From positions 1 through 64,000 of IMG/VR virus record IMGVR_UViG_3300017917_001616: a stretch of DNA of 64,000 nucleotides; one strand, written 5' to 3'. Shown in pieces: positions 9,690 to 19,141 of the stretch (position 1 is the first letter of the stretch; each line of letters starts with the position of its first letter). Source of the DNA: a virus. Under the pieces are notes generated by a model that was not told the DNA's origin, did no database searches, and saw only the letters and a program-made list of their open reading frames with translations. The translations under genes were made by a program, and so were the position numbers.

Positions 9690-10808
9690 GTGGCTAAGCC
9701 TTTTGATATTAGTAAATTCCGTAAAAGTATTACTAAAAGTGTTCCTGGTATGAGTATCGGATTTCGTGATCCGGATACTTGGATTAGCACAGGTAACTAT
9801 ACATTAAACAAGCTAATCAGTGGTAGATTTGATGGCGGTGTTCCGCTTGGTAAGGTAACTGTATTTGCAGGCGAATCTGGTGCAGGTAAATCATTTATTT
9901 GTTCTGGTAACTTAGTTCGTGAAGCACAACGTCAAGGCATCTTTGTTGTGCTTGTTGATACTGAAAACGCACTCGACGAGCAATGGCTTCGTGCATTGGA
10001 TGTAGATACTGCTGAAGATAAACTACTTAAACTAAACGTTGCTATGATCGATGATGTTGCAAAAATCATCAACGATTTTATGACAGATTATAAAAAAGAA
10101 TATGCAGACAAGACAGCAAACGAACGTCCTAAAATTCTTTTCGTTTTAGATTCTTTAGGCATGATGCTTACGCCCACTGATGTTAATCAGTTTCAATCAG
10201 GTGACCTTAAAGGCGATATGGGTCGTAAACCCAAAGCACTAACTGCACTTGTTAGGAACTGTGTAAATATGTTCGGCGATTATAACGTCGGGCTTGTTGC
10301 TACGAACCATACTTATGCAAGCCAGGATATGTTTGATCCAGATGACAAGATCAGTGGCGGGTCTGGCTTTATCTATGCATCTTCTATTGTTGTAGCGATG
10401 AAAAAACTAAAACTTAAAGAAGATGAAGACGGTAACAAAATTAGCGAAGTTAGAGGTATCCGTGCTTCGTGTAAGATTATGAAAACACGTTATGCAAAAC
10501 CTTTCGAATCTGTCCAAGTTAAAATTCCTTATGAAACAGGTATGAGCCCATACAGTGGATTGGTCGACTTTTGTGAAGCTAAAGGCGTGTTAACTAAAAG
10601 CGGCAATAGACTACAATACATCGACAAAGAAACAGGAGAAGCAATTCTTAAGTTTCGTAAAGCATGGGAATCTAATGAAGGAAACTCGCTAGATTTGATC
10701 ATGAAGCAGTGGAACGACCACGATACAGATTCTGTTGTTGAAGAACTAAATATCCAGGATGAAAATCAAACCATCTTGGAGGAACGCACTAATTATGAAA
10801 CTGAATGA
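9690..10808 (+). CDS. uvsX: RecA/UvsX recombinase
   Basis: Walker A AGESGAGKS, VDTENA, LDSLG, TNHTY, SGGSG motifs. Confidence 0.93.
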   Translation: MAKPFDISKFRKSITKSVPGMSIGFRDPDTWISTGNYTLNKLISGRFDGGVPLGKVTVFAGESGAGKSFICSGNLVREAQRQGIFVVLVDTENALDEQWLRALDVDTAEDKLLKLNVAMIDDVAKIINDFMTDYKKEYADKTANERPKILFVLDSLGMMLTPTDVNQFQSGDLKGDMGRKPKALTALVRNCVNMFGDYNVGLVATNHTYASQDMFDPDDKISGGSGFIYASSIVVAMKKLKLKEDEDGNKISEVRGIRASCKIMKTRYAKPFESVQVKIPYETGMSPYSGLVDFCEAKGVLTKSGNRLQYIDKETGEAILKFRKAWESNEGNSLDLIMKQWNDHDTDSVVEELNIQDENQTILEERTNYETE

Positions 10809-11049
10809 AACCGAAATCCAAACATATGTCGATATTTGGATGGCAATGAAATCATACCTTAACCCTAAAGAAAAAGACACTGCATGTGAAAAGTTTCTAG
10901 ACATTATAAATGAAAACGTGTGCGACTTGTCAGAAACTGCAGATGAATGGGTAGGGTATGATAGCACACTTGACAGAGTCTTAAGAGAAGTATATATTGA
11001 TAGTGAAAACTATGAAGATTATGACTCAGATGACGAAGATAAATGGTAA
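10795..11049 (+). CDS. Hypothetical protein
   Basis: ORF between uvsX and uvsY with an acidic tail. Confidence 0.6.
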   Translation: MKLNETEIQTYVDIWMAMKSYLNPKEKDTACEKFLDIINENVCDLSETADEWVGYDSTLDRVLREVYIDSENYEDYDSDDEDKW

Positions 11050-11052
11050 GTA

Positions 11053-11508
11053 ATGAACTGGTTTAGAGAAATCCGTCAGGACATATCTCAAATTATTCCT
11101 GCAATTGATTATTACGAGTCGCAACTTGCACAAGCTCGTATTGAGTGCGGTCTTAAAGGCAATGTCGAAAAACATAGCCGTGACATGCCGGGTATAGTTG
11201 AACATAGGTTTAATCAATTGCAGGAAATCGAAGCAATATTAGAATATCTAAATATTGAACTTCGTAAAAAAAGAACCGAGCATTACAAGAAATTTTTAGA
11301 ACACTATAACCGTGCATTGACCAGTCGTGATGCTGAAAAGTATGTAGACGGCGTCCAAGAAGTTGTAGATCAACAGCACATCGTAAATGAATTTGCACTC
11401 ATCCGTAACAAGTATATGGGTTTAATCAAAGCCCTTGATGCGAAGCAATTTCAGATTAATAACATAGTAAAATTAAGAGCAGCAGGACTAGAAGATGTCT
11501 CATTATAA
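11053..11508 (+). CDS. uvsY: UvsY recombination mediator
   Basis: Helical 151 aa protein ending KQFQINNIVKLRAAG; synteny with uvsX. Confidence 0.8.
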   Translation: MNWFREIRQDISQIIPAIDYYESQLAQARIECGLKGNVEKHSRDMPGIVEHRFNQLQEIEAILEYLNIELRKKRTEHYKKFLEHYNRALTSRDAEKYVDGVQEVVDQQHIVNEFALIRNKYMGLIKALDAKQFQINNIVKLRAAGLEDVSL

Positions 11509-11944
11509 TATTGCAATCGGTTCCGATCACGGGGGCTATGAACTAAAAACTGCCATTGTAAAGCATCTGTCGGGCCGAGATCCGTTTGCAGACTTTTATA
11601 CATGCAGCGTGACTGATTTCGGATGTTATAGCACTGAAAGTGTAGATTATCCAGACTACGCTCATGCAGTGTGTGGCGCAGTTGGCGAGCATGACAATTT
11701 TGGTATTTTAATTTGTGGAACTGGCATTGGGATTAGTATTGCAGCCAACCGTCATGCCCACATTCGGGCAGGACTTTGCCATACTGTCGAAACTGCAAAG
11801 CTAACGAGACAGCACAACAATGCAAATGTGTTGTGTTTAGGCGGTCGCATTACTTCAGTTGAAGATGCTATTAAGATAGTTGATGCATTTTTGACTACCG
11901 AGTTTGAAGGTGGACGACACCAAAAAAGATTAGATAAATTGTAA
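11495..11944 (+). CDS. rpiB: Ribose-5-phosphate isomerase B
   Basis: GSDHGG, DYPD, ICGTGIG, ANR, HNNANVLCLGGR, FEGGRH motifs. Confidence 0.95.
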   Translation: MSHYNIAIGSDHGGYELKTAIVKHLSGRDPFADFYTCSVTDFGCYSTESVDYPDYAHAVCGAVGEHDNFGILICGTGIGISIAANRHAHIRAGLCHTVETAKLTRQHNNANVLCLGGRITSVEDAIKIVDAFLTTEFEGGRHQKRLDKL

Positions 11945-11952
11945 AATAGTTC

Positions 11953-11981
11953 TTGCAATCCAAGAGCTCATACACTATATT
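11953..11981 (+). promoter_or_regulatory. Sigma70-like early promoter with conserved spacer
   Basis: TTGCAA-17-TATATT; spacer contains caagagctca. Confidence 0.7.
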
Positions 11982-12010
11982 ATAAATGTAGGCGATAGAG
12001 GAGACTGCCA

Positions 12011-12298
12011 ATGACGAAACCCGCTCGTAAGACTGTTGAAGTTGGTAAAGTTCTTAAGATTGCAAATAACTTCCTTGCTGCGAAGCACACCACTGCCGAC
12101 GAGCGTGAAGCTGTTGCTGCAGTGATGGAAGCTATCCTGTTTGAAACAGGTAACTATCGTGGGTATGCATACCTTCCCAAGGAGAACTACCCCGACGAAG
12201 TTGACGGGCTCGGCACTCGTCGTCGTTACTTTGTAAGCGGCACTATCGACGCTGACTACGAGGCAGAAGACCGCAACATCAACAAGATTCGTGTGTGA
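12011..12298 (+). CDS. Hypothetical early protein
   Basis: GAGGAG SD, upstream promoter. Confidence 0.7.
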   Translation: MTKPARKTVEVGKVLKIANNFLAAKHTTADEREAVAAVMEAILFETGNYRGYAYLPKENYPDEVDGLGTRRRYFVSGTIDADYEAEDRNINKIRV

Positions 12299-12309
12299 GG
12301 AGAATAAAC

Positions 12310-12543
12310 ATGCGTAACTTTGGCCATAGGAAAGATGGAATGGACTGGTTCTTTGACAGGGTGTTTCCTAAATTGTTTATGACAATTTTTGCAATTGCCT
12401 TTATCGCTATCCTTGTGCAGTTTGCAGTCATTGGATATGCCGGCTATAAGTTGGTAACCGATCCTAGCGGAACTGCCAACTTCGTAGGAACGATTGCAGG
12501 CGAGGCTATCCGTCCTGTTGCTGACGCTGTTCGTGGAGAATGA
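12310..12543 (+). CDS. Small membrane protein
   Basis: GAGGAG SD; one hydrophobic TM segment. Confidence 0.65.
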   Translation: MRNFGHRKDGMDWFFDRVFPKLFMTIFAIAFIAILVQFAVIGYAGYKLVTDPSGTANFVGTIAGEAIRPVADAVRGE

Positions 12544-12823
12544 TTTTGAGATATACTGTTGCAATTGACTATGCAGATAACAGTCCTACTAAGTGGCACT
12601 CTGCAATTTTAGAGTGGCAAATGTTAAGTAACACTCTTTATTTACGTGGTAGTGATATTGAAATTTTGATTCCTATGACAGAAAATATCATTAACGTTAA
12701 TATAACTAAAGACGAGGACTGACATGGACTGGACCATCGAAGAATATCTAGCGTTCGAGAGACACCTACTTGAGCAAATGGAAGAAGACGAAGAAGACGA
12801 AGAACCCATCTACTGGTGCTAAT

Positions 12824-13153
12824 ATGTCGGAATTTCTTATCTCATGGGATATAAATGGCATCGAAGCTATTATTCCCATTGGTGAACAACGCAATGTAAA
12901 TTTAGTAGCTAAGTTGTCTGGGCAACGAGAACCCTATAACATTGGATCGACATACAATATGCTATGTATGCGAGCTCGATTCAACCCGCAACGTTCTCCA
13001 CAAATTTGGGGTATCAATGTAGACGACAGTATCACCGAAGCAATGCTTCGTGAGATTGCAGACGCCGACCCACAAGTTCTTGTTGATCTTGTGAAGGAAA
13101 AAGGAGTCAAACTTTACGGAGATAAAATCCAAAAAAGTGTGATTTCTTATTGA
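12824..13153 (+). CDS. Hypothetical protein
   Basis: ORF; probable start MSEFLISW. Confidence 0.6.
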   Translation: MSEFLISWDINGIEAIIPIGEQRNVNLVAKLSGQREPYNIGSTYNMLCMRARFNPQRSPQIWGINVDDSITEAMLREIADADPQVLVDLVKEKGVKLYGDKIQKSVISY

Positions 13154-13160
13154 ATAGCGG

Positions 13161-13189
13161 TTGACATTCAAGAGCTCTTACACTATATA
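13161..13189 (+). promoter_or_regulatory. Sigma70-like early promoter with palindromic spacer AAGAGCTCTT
   Basis: TTGACA-17-TATATA; identical to 37512-37540. Confidence 0.8.
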
Positions 13190-13223
13190 TAATATGTAGG
13201 CAGAAAAGAAGAGGACTTCAAAG

Positions 13224-13637
13224 ATGGCTTATGTGTCCCAAGAAATGAAACGTGCTAAAGCCCCTGCTATCAAAGCAGTGCTTAAAAAGTATGGCATGAA
13301 AGGCACGATCAGTGTTGATAACCATTCGTCGCTTGTTGTGACTCTTAAAGAAGGTGTGCTGGATCTGATCGGCGAAGCTAACCGTTCCAACAAAGAATAC
13401 GCCGAACGGCGCAATGAACGTTTTTACCCTGTAGAGGGTAACTACAGCGTTAACACTTACTGGATCGATGAAAACTACAAAGGTAAGATCCGGTCGTTCT
13501 TTAAAGAGCTGCTTGCTGCTATGCGGGGCGATGACTGGTTTGATGAGAGCGATGCGATGACCGATTACTTCCACACTGCGTTCTACATCAACATCAATGT
13601 TGGTCGTTGGAACAAGCCCTACGTTCATTCGAAATAA
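13224..13637 (+). CDS. Hypothetical early protein
   Basis: GAGGA SD; D.SD.MTDYF motif common in phage early proteins. Confidence 0.7.
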   Translation: MAYVSQEMKRAKAPAIKAVLKKYGMKGTISVDNHSSLVVTLKEGVLDLIGEANRSNKEYAERRNERFYPVEGNYSVNTYWIDENYKGKIRSFFKELLAAMRGDDWFDESDAMTDYFHTAFYININVGRWNKPYVHSK

Positions 13638-13648
13638 GGAGAAATAAA

Positions 13649-13984
13649 ATGCCTTGCAGATCTGATGGTTGGGATACTCCTGAAACTCCGAAACGTAACG
13701 GTCTAGATATTGATCAGTTTGAAGCAACCCTCTGTGCGTTGTTCACTATGATTGAAGTTAATGCCCCAGAGGGCGAAAGCCTAAAAGAAGCTCTTGACAA
13801 GGTCGACTGGCGAGAAGCAGGCGTAAAGCGTGGACATGTTGAGGCGTGGTGGACACGCCACAAGCGCCAAGATGAAGATCGCCGCAAGCGTGAAGCTGCT
13901 GAAAAGCGTAAGGCTGAATTGCGTAAAGTTGCTATCGGAAAACTAACGCCAGAAGAACTTGACGTCCTCGGTATTCGACTATAA
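13649..13984 (+). CDS. Hypothetical protein
   Basis: AAGGAG SD, MPCRSD start. Confidence 0.65.
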   Translation: MPCRSDGWDTPETPKRNGLDIDQFEATLCALFTMIEVNAPEGESLKEALDKVDWREAGVKRGHVEAWWTRHKRQDEDRRKREAAEKRKAELRKVAIGKLTPEELDVLGIRL

Positions 13985-14355
13985 TATAATGACACAAGCA
14001 ACGGAGAAGACTATGGAAAATATTCACAGTGGTTATCTTCCTTACCTAACTCGTTTGCAACGGACGAAATACGGTAAGCACAAATACTGGATGAAAATGC
14101 TGAAGCAATGGTCTGACGGAAGAATGACTGTCCAGTTTATTCCATACGAAACGGGAGACAACTAATGGCATATTATATCCGTATTGAAGGTGAAATTATT
14201 GCCGTTGCAACCGATGAAAAGGATGCAGTTGCTATTGCTACCGGTATGGCTATTGATCCCGATAAAAAAGATAAAAAAGTTACAGTTACAAAAGAATAAC
14301 GTTGACAAACTAGCGAAAACAAGATATAAATAATACTGTAACAAGAGATACAAAA

Positions 14356-14649
14356 ATGAAACTAGCAGATTACTTTATGATTCGAAAAGATTTGTTTAGA
14401 GAAGGTAACCAAGTTCTACTGGACTTCGGTAACTATCATCTAAGCATTGTTGACGACGGCATGGGTAAAACTGCAAATCTCTTTGAAATCGCAACCTTTA
14501 ATTCCAATGACGGAATTGCATCGGACTTTGTTGAACTGCCTGGCATTACTGATAAGCGTGGTGTTCGTGGTTACTTGACAGAAGACGATGTTGACGCTAT
14601 TATTAAAAAGATGTATAGTGTAACTGGTCGATTACCTGTTCAGATATAA
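14356..14649 (+). CDS. Hypothetical protein
   Basis: ORF downstream of a TTGACA promoter at 14302. Confidence 0.6.
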   Translation: MKLADYFMIRKDLFREGNQVLLDFGNYHLSIVDDGMGKTANLFEIATFNSNDGIASDFVELPGITDKRGVRGYLTEDDVDAIIKKMYSVTGRLPVQI

Positions 14650-14684
14650 AAGTTGTTTTTTGCTGGTTTGGGAGTTTTTCTGAT

Positions 14685-14761
14685 CTGCCCGTAGCACAAC
14701 TGGATGGTGCAAGGCACTTCTAATGCCAAGGTTGGGGGTTCGAGTCCCTCCGGGCAGGCCA
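14685..14761 (+). tRNA. tRNA-Arg(TCT)
   Basis: Cloverleaf, loop CTTCTAA, TTCGA T-loop, CCA. Confidence 0.9.
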
Positions 14762-14814
14762 AAAAAACTTCTTATCTTGCGCTCTTATTATAAATATAAT
14801 AAAAGGAGTGCAAG

Positions 14815-15294
14815 ATGCCAGGACCAAAACCTACTGTATCTAAAGAAGATATTATTGATCTTATAAGCCAAGGATATCTCAAAAAAGAAATTGCTACTAA
14901 GTTAAATGTATCGTTATCGACTATTAAAAGACACAGTTCGGGACTAATTACAAAAAGAATAAGCTCTAAATATATTTGTCGAACATGTAGTATAGAAGGT
15001 AAAGAACATTTTTATAAAGATGCAAAGTATCAATGTAAATCTTGTTGGAATAAAAGATCATATACTGCTACTAAATCTAGAATTGCAGAATATATGGAAT
15101 CTAGAGGTGGTGCAAAATGTCAAATATGTGGTTATGATAAATGTGTAGCTGCTTTAGATTTTCATCATAGAGATCCTAATGAAAAGGATCCGTCATGGAA
15201 CAGAAGTTGGAGTATTAAAAGATTAAAAACTGAACTTGACAAATGTGATATATTATGTTCAAATTGTCATAGAGAATTACATTGGTTAAGTTAA
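14815..15294 (+). CDS. HNH homing endonuclease with N-terminal HTH, inserted in the tRNA block
   Basis: HTH (KEIATKLNVSLSTIKR), CxxC pairs, LDFHH...LCSNCHRELH. Confidence 0.85.
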   Translation: MPGPKPTVSKEDIIDLISQGYLKKEIATKLNVSLSTIKRHSSGLITKRISSKYICRTCSIEGKEHFYKDAKYQCKSCWNKRSYTATKSRIAEYMESRGGAKCQICGYDKCVAALDFHHRDPNEKDPSWNRSWSIKRLKTELDKCDILCSNCHRELHWLS

Positions 15295-15298
15295 AAAT

Positions 15299-15381
15299 GC
15301 GGGCATGGTGAAATGGTAGCCACGAGAGACTTAAAATCTCTTGCTCAATGCGTCCCGGTTCGAGTCCGGGTGCCCGCACCA
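15299..15381 (+). tRNA. tRNA-Leu(TAA), long variable region
   Basis: Cloverleaf, loop CTTAAAA, CCA. Confidence 0.9.
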
Positions 15382-15388
15382 GAAATAC

Positions 15389-15465
15389 GCCCTTGTAGCC
15401 CAACCGGTAGAGGCAGGAGACTTAAAATCTCTGTGTTGTTGGTTCGAATCCGACCAGGGGCACCA
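15389..15465 (+). tRNA. tRNA-Leu(TAA), short variable loop
   Basis: 77-nt cloverleaf, loop CTTAAAA, A73, CCA. Confidence 0.88.
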
Positions 15466-15471
15466 AAGTTT

Positions 15472-15548
15472 GGGGGATTAGCTCAATTGGTTAGAGCGTC
15501 CGACTCATAATCGGCAGGTTATCGGTTCAAGTCCGGTATCCCCTACCA
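15472..15548 (+). tRNA. tRNA-CAT (probably Ile2/lysidine, or Met)
   Basis: Loop CTCATAA; adjacent to tilS. Confidence 0.85.
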
Positions 15549-15552
15549 AAAC

Positions 15553-15629
15553 GGAAGGATAGTATAATTGGTGAATGCATACGTCTCATAAACGTAACTA
15601 TCTGGGTTCGAGTCCCAGTCCTTCCACCA
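15553..15629 (+). tRNA. tRNA-CAT (Met or Ile2)
   Basis: Cloverleaf, loop CTCATAA, CCA. Confidence 0.85.
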
Positions 15630-15644
15630 AAATAGAGTAATACG

Positions 15645-16250
15645 ATGATTAAAGTCCAAGGCAAACTTCCTAGAGACGTAGTAGTTGCTTGCAGCGGCGG
15701 CGTTGATAGTATGGCTATTGTTGATTTTCTAAAAAGAAATCATCGTATTACTCTACAGTTTGTGCATCATGGCACGGAAACTAGTGAACAAGCACACCAG
15801 TTTCTAGTGCAATATGCTGCAGATAATCAACTTAAACTATACACGTCACATATCAACACTGATCTTCCTAAAGGCGTAAGTCAAGAAGAACACTGGAGAA
15901 ACGAACGTTATAAAATTTTTAATGCTTGGCAGAAACCGGTTATTACTTGTCATCATTTAGATGATTGTGTAGAGACTTGGATTTGGTCAAGTATGCACGG
16001 CGAGGGTAAAGTTATTCCCTACCAAAATGAAAATGTAATTAGGCCTTTTAGACTAAACAAAAAACATGAGTTTATCAATTGGTGTAAACGAAAAAATGTA
16101 AGTTGGATTGAAGATAAATCAAATCTTGACACATCATATATTAGAAACTATATTCGTAACAATATTGTAGAACAACTGTTAGTTATTAATCCAGGCTTAC
16201 ATAAAGTAATCGCAAAGAAAATTGAACAAGAACACAAAGGACACATGTAA
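15645..16250 (+). CDS. tilS: tRNA(Ile)-lysidine synthetase, minimal catalytic domain
   Basis: PP-loop SGGVDS, R..RY, HHLDD.ET, IRP, WIEDKSN...RN.IR. Confidence 0.9.
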   Translation: MIKVQGKLPRDVVVACSGGVDSMAIVDFLKRNHRITLQFVHHGTETSEQAHQFLVQYAADNQLKLYTSHINTDLPKGVSQEEHWRNERYKIFNAWQKPVITCHHLDDCVETWIWSSMHGEGKVIPYQNENVIRPFRLNKKHEFINWCKRKNVSWIEDKSNLDTSYIRNYIRNNIVEQLLVINPGLHKVIAKKIEQEHKGHM

Positions 16251-16822
16251 TGGAAATCTCACTACGTAAAGCAAACGCACTACAACACGCCATCAACGAG
16301 ATGCTAGGCACACTAGACCTTAGCACTGAAGTCTCGATTAATGAATTCGAGAAGCCAAGCGAAAAGGTAACCGAAGCAACTGCTCGCTTTGCTACACACA
16401 TGGCTACTCGTAGCAAGCTAATTGCTGTGCTTTACGAGATTCGCAAGGCTGTTGCAGATGCAAATGCAGCGTCTGGGATCGACGGGCACCTTGCAGACGT
16501 AGCAATGCTAGACAAAGATATCCAGCTATATGGGCGTCTAAGCAAGCTAGAGCCTGCAGTGGCTAACGATGTGCTAGTCGGTAAGCTAGGCAAGATTAAG
16601 GGACGTGACAAAGCAGACGTTTACGGGCGTTTCGGCGACGACACTGTCACAACTAACATCTTCGATAAGGAAAAGATCGAAGAATTCAAGTCAGAGCTTG
16701 CTCGTCTGAAGCGAGCAAAGACTGCACTGCAAGATGAATTGCTAGAGCTTAACGTAAGCACTACAATCACACTGGACGACGAAACAGAGCGTTTCCTTGT
16801 TCGTGCAGGAATCGTAGAATAA
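16250..16822 (+). CDS. Hypothetical coiled-coil protein
   Basis: 190 aa ORF translationally coupled to tilS. Confidence 0.7.
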   Translation: MEISLRKANALQHAINEMLGTLDLSTEVSINEFEKPSEKVTEATARFATHMATRSKLIAVLYEIRKAVADANAASGIDGHLADVAMLDKDIQLYGRLSKLEPAVANDVLVGKLGKIKGRDKADVYGRFGDDTVTTNIFDKEKIEEFKSELARLKRAKTALQDELLELNVSTTITLDDETERFLVRAGIVE

Positions 16823-17112
16823 GTTTTGGTAGATGCAGGGCAAGGTAACTTGCCCGAAACTACCCGGAGTAGGAGAGAGAAACGAGAATAAAGGCGGGCA
16901 AGCGTTACTTGCATATTCAAACGATCGGTTTTTGATCTCCGCTGTGTGTTCCGATTTTATTATATTCGTCTTAATTGACACTGCATTTTGATAATCGGAA
17001 ATATAGGCATTGTAGATTGCGTGTTGTTTGTTGCAAAAGTAGGTCTGTATACCACGCTACATGCACTTTGCTGGATCTTTATTACTCACTCTTTCCTCTC
17101 TGTTTTAGTTTA

Positions 17113-17189
17113 GCCCTTGTAGGCCAATTGGTAGAGTCGGCGGATTCAAAATCCGCATAGTGTCGGTTCGAGTCCGACCAAGGGCACCA
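17113..17189 (+). tRNA. tRNA-Leu(CAA), short variable loop
   Basis: 77-nt cloverleaf, loop TTCAAAA, CCA. Confidence 0.88.
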
Positions 17190-17239
17190 AATATTTTGTA
17201 TTAAGGAAGTATAATATGCGTAGAGATGGGAGAAATGCA

Positions 17240-17599
17240 ATGCGTAGTGTTAAGATGAATCGTGACGAACTTTTAAAGATTGTCAAAGAAAATAAGATTA
17301 AGCACGTTGCCGAATACGAAGAAGCAGTGAATGATTATAAAGCACTTGCTGTTAAGATTACAAAAGAAAATGTGAAGCTAGCAAACACCGGCGACTTGGA
17401 TAAAATTAAAGATATCAAAAGCATTCCGTCTGCACCACGTAGCTACGAGAACGATTACAATCGTGCAGCACGTATGCTTGAACTAAGCGTAGAAGACGTT
17501 ATCGAACTTGAAGATGATGTATTCAACCAACTAGTGCTTGACGAATGGTCTTGGAAACAATCATTTACTGTAAGCAACAGTATGTATAAATCAATGTAA
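17240..17599 (+). CDS. Hypothetical protein
   Basis: GGAG SD, 119 aa ORF. Confidence 0.7.
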   Translation: MRSVKMNRDELLKIVKENKIKHVAEYEEAVNDYKALAVKITKENVKLANTGDLDKIKDIKSIPSAPRSYENDYNRAARMLELSVEDVIELEDDVFNQLVLDEWSWKQSFTVSNSMYKSM

Positions 17600-17852
17600 T
17601 ACTCTGTAAAGAGTAACCAAGTTTAGTCTGCGTCTTGTAGTTTATAACTGAGATTCACTACTTAAGGCGTAACAATGGACCGATAAGAACATTCGAAGTA
17701 AGAAGTCCTAACACTGCTGGTAAAACCGTTAAATGCTTTCTCAGGCTGTGCAGTTGCCGGACGCAGACTAAATAATTTAAGATGATAAATAAAAGTGTAA
17801 GATAATTTTATCTCAGATGATAAATAAACTTATATAAGGAATACAAAGTTCA

Positions 17853-17942
17853 ATGATTACATGCGGAACCACAGCACAGAATACATGGTCACTAGGGGGC
17901 AATCCTAGTGTCGATTCCGTGCGGGCGGGCCGAGGTAGTTAA
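17853..17942 (+). CDS. Putative attenuator leader peptide 1 (MITCGTTAQNTWSLGGNPSVDSVRAGRGS, 29 aa)
   Basis: AAGGA SD at 17836; terminator 25 nt after the stop; codons match the downstream tRNAs. Confidence 0.7.
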   Translation: MITCGTTAQNTWSLGGNPSVDSVRAGRGS

Positions 17943-17967
17943 GAACAAACCAAAAAGTTCGAACACC

Positions 17968-17999
17968 AAGGCCCCAAGCGAAAGCAGAGGGGCTTTTTT
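17968..17999 (+). terminator. Attenuator terminator 1
   Basis: aaggcccc-aa-gc-gaaa-gc-aga-ggggcttt plus T run; 5' arm can instead pair with leader 17896-17914. Confidence 0.8.
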
Positions 18000-18037
18000 A
18001 ATGGCTCAAAAAAAGATAAAAAAAGACAAAATAACAG

Positions 18038-18196
18038 TTGACAGGCAAGAACTCATACACTATATGTAACTAGTAAGGAACGCAGACGCAGCAACGCAGA
18101 GCTTCCAAACAAAAAAGAAAAAAGTTGTTGACAAGGCAAAAACAAGACGCTAAGTTAACAAGGTAAGCAAGAAGTTGTTTACACGCTCTTTGACAA
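18038..18196 (+). promoter_or_regulatory. Tandem sigma70 promoters with A-tract UP elements and a boxA-like element (18184-18196)
   Basis: TTGACA-17-TATATG (18038), TTGACA-17-TAAGTT (18128), CGCTCTTTGACAA. Confidence 0.7.
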
Positions 18197-18297
18197 TTTA
18201 GACGTATTACGGTAAGCTATAGTAGCTTATCACATTCCTTAGCGAAAGCGATGATAGGGATTGTAAGTAGACAATGTATGCACCAACATACATTAAC

Positions 18298-18431
18298 TAA
18301 CTCTACTTACACGTATGTTAGAAATGGGGGTAGCACGGTTCGACTCCGTGCGTGGTTGGGTTGACCTATGCAAAAAGCCGGCGGGCGCTCGCTGTTTCGA
18401 AGACAGACTAACATACTTGTAAGTAGAGTTA
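18298..18431 (+). ncRNA. Stem-enclosed RNA cassette containing a T-arm-like hairpin
   Basis: 24-nt terminal inverted repeat with 1 mismatch; internal gcacgg-ttcgact-ccgtgc. Confidence 0.6.
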
Positions 18432-18541
18432 ATAACTAGCGCAGGGGGATGACCCCGTAAGACGCAAGAGACTCGGCACTGCTAGGCTTATAGCAGCTAA
18501 GTCGCCCTTGTTGCCTGGGGTAGAGCCCATAACTGTTATGT

Positions 18542-18617
18542 TCCGTCTTAGCTCAGTTGGTAGAGCAGGTGACTGTTAATCACCGGGTCGCTGGTTCGAG
18601 CCCAGCAGACGGAGCCA
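18542..18617 (+). tRNA. tRNA-Asn(GTT)
   Basis: Canonical cloverleaf, CCA. Confidence 0.95.
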
Positions 18618-18625
18618 AAAATTAT

Positions 18626-18704
18626 CTGGGTGTAGCTCAGCTTGTGTTAGAGTGCTCGCCTTGGAAGCGAGAGGTCGAAGGTTCAAATCCTTTCACCCAG
18701 ACCA
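18626..18704 (+). tRNA. tRNA-Pro(TGG)
   Basis: Loop CTTGGAA, CCA. Confidence 0.92.
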
Positions 18705-18792
18705 GATACATCACGGTGCTGCATAAGCGAGGCTTAATCATAAATGCAGTTAAATCACTAACGGGCAGCGGTTAGCAGAGCCAAAAACATAC

Positions 18793-18880
18793 GGAGCGGG
18801 GGCAGGATGGTAATGCAGCAGATTGCTAATCTGTAGAGGGGGCAACTCCTCACTGGGTTCGACTCCCAGTCGCTCCGCCA
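18793..18880 (+). tRNA. tRNA-Ser(GCT)
   Basis: Loop TTGCTAA, long V arm, G73, CCA. Confidence 0.92.
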
Positions 18881-18952
18881 ATGGCACACTAGCATCAGGC
18901 TAGTCCAGACCGTAAGGTTAACGGTGACAAGCAGGGAGAGTCCTGCACACAC

Positions 18953-19062
18953 ATTCTACTTTAAACTATGCACAAGGCGTAGGCCACGCCGATGTTATGG
19001 CAACAGGTTGGCATTTGCTGACTAGGTGGTTCGATTCCACAGTGTATAGTTTAAAGTAGAAT
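18953..19062 (+). ncRNA. Stem-enclosed tRNA-like cassette
   Basis: 21-bp terminal stem with one G-U; internal gtgg-ttcgatt-ccac. Confidence 0.6.
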
Positions 19063-19064
19063 AT

Positions 19065-19141
19065 TGCGGGGTAGAGAAGTGGTCATCTCGCTTGGCTCAT
19101 AACCAAGAGATCGCTGGTTCGAATCCAGCCCAACGCAACCA
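19065..19141 (+). tRNA. tRNA-Met(CAT), initiator-like
   Basis: TGCGGGG start, fMet-like D arm, loop CTCATAA; imperfect acceptor stem. Confidence 0.8.

Noticed and set aside
14650-14684. A third leader-peptide attenuator before the first tRNA block
   Set aside because: No short SD-led ORF plus terminator hairpin is visible upstream of tRNA-Arg(TCT).
17700-17760. Twister ribozyme (cctaacactgc resembles a twister 5' strand)
   Set aside because: The conserved L4 and pseudoknot elements and the complementary P1/P2 strands could not be found.
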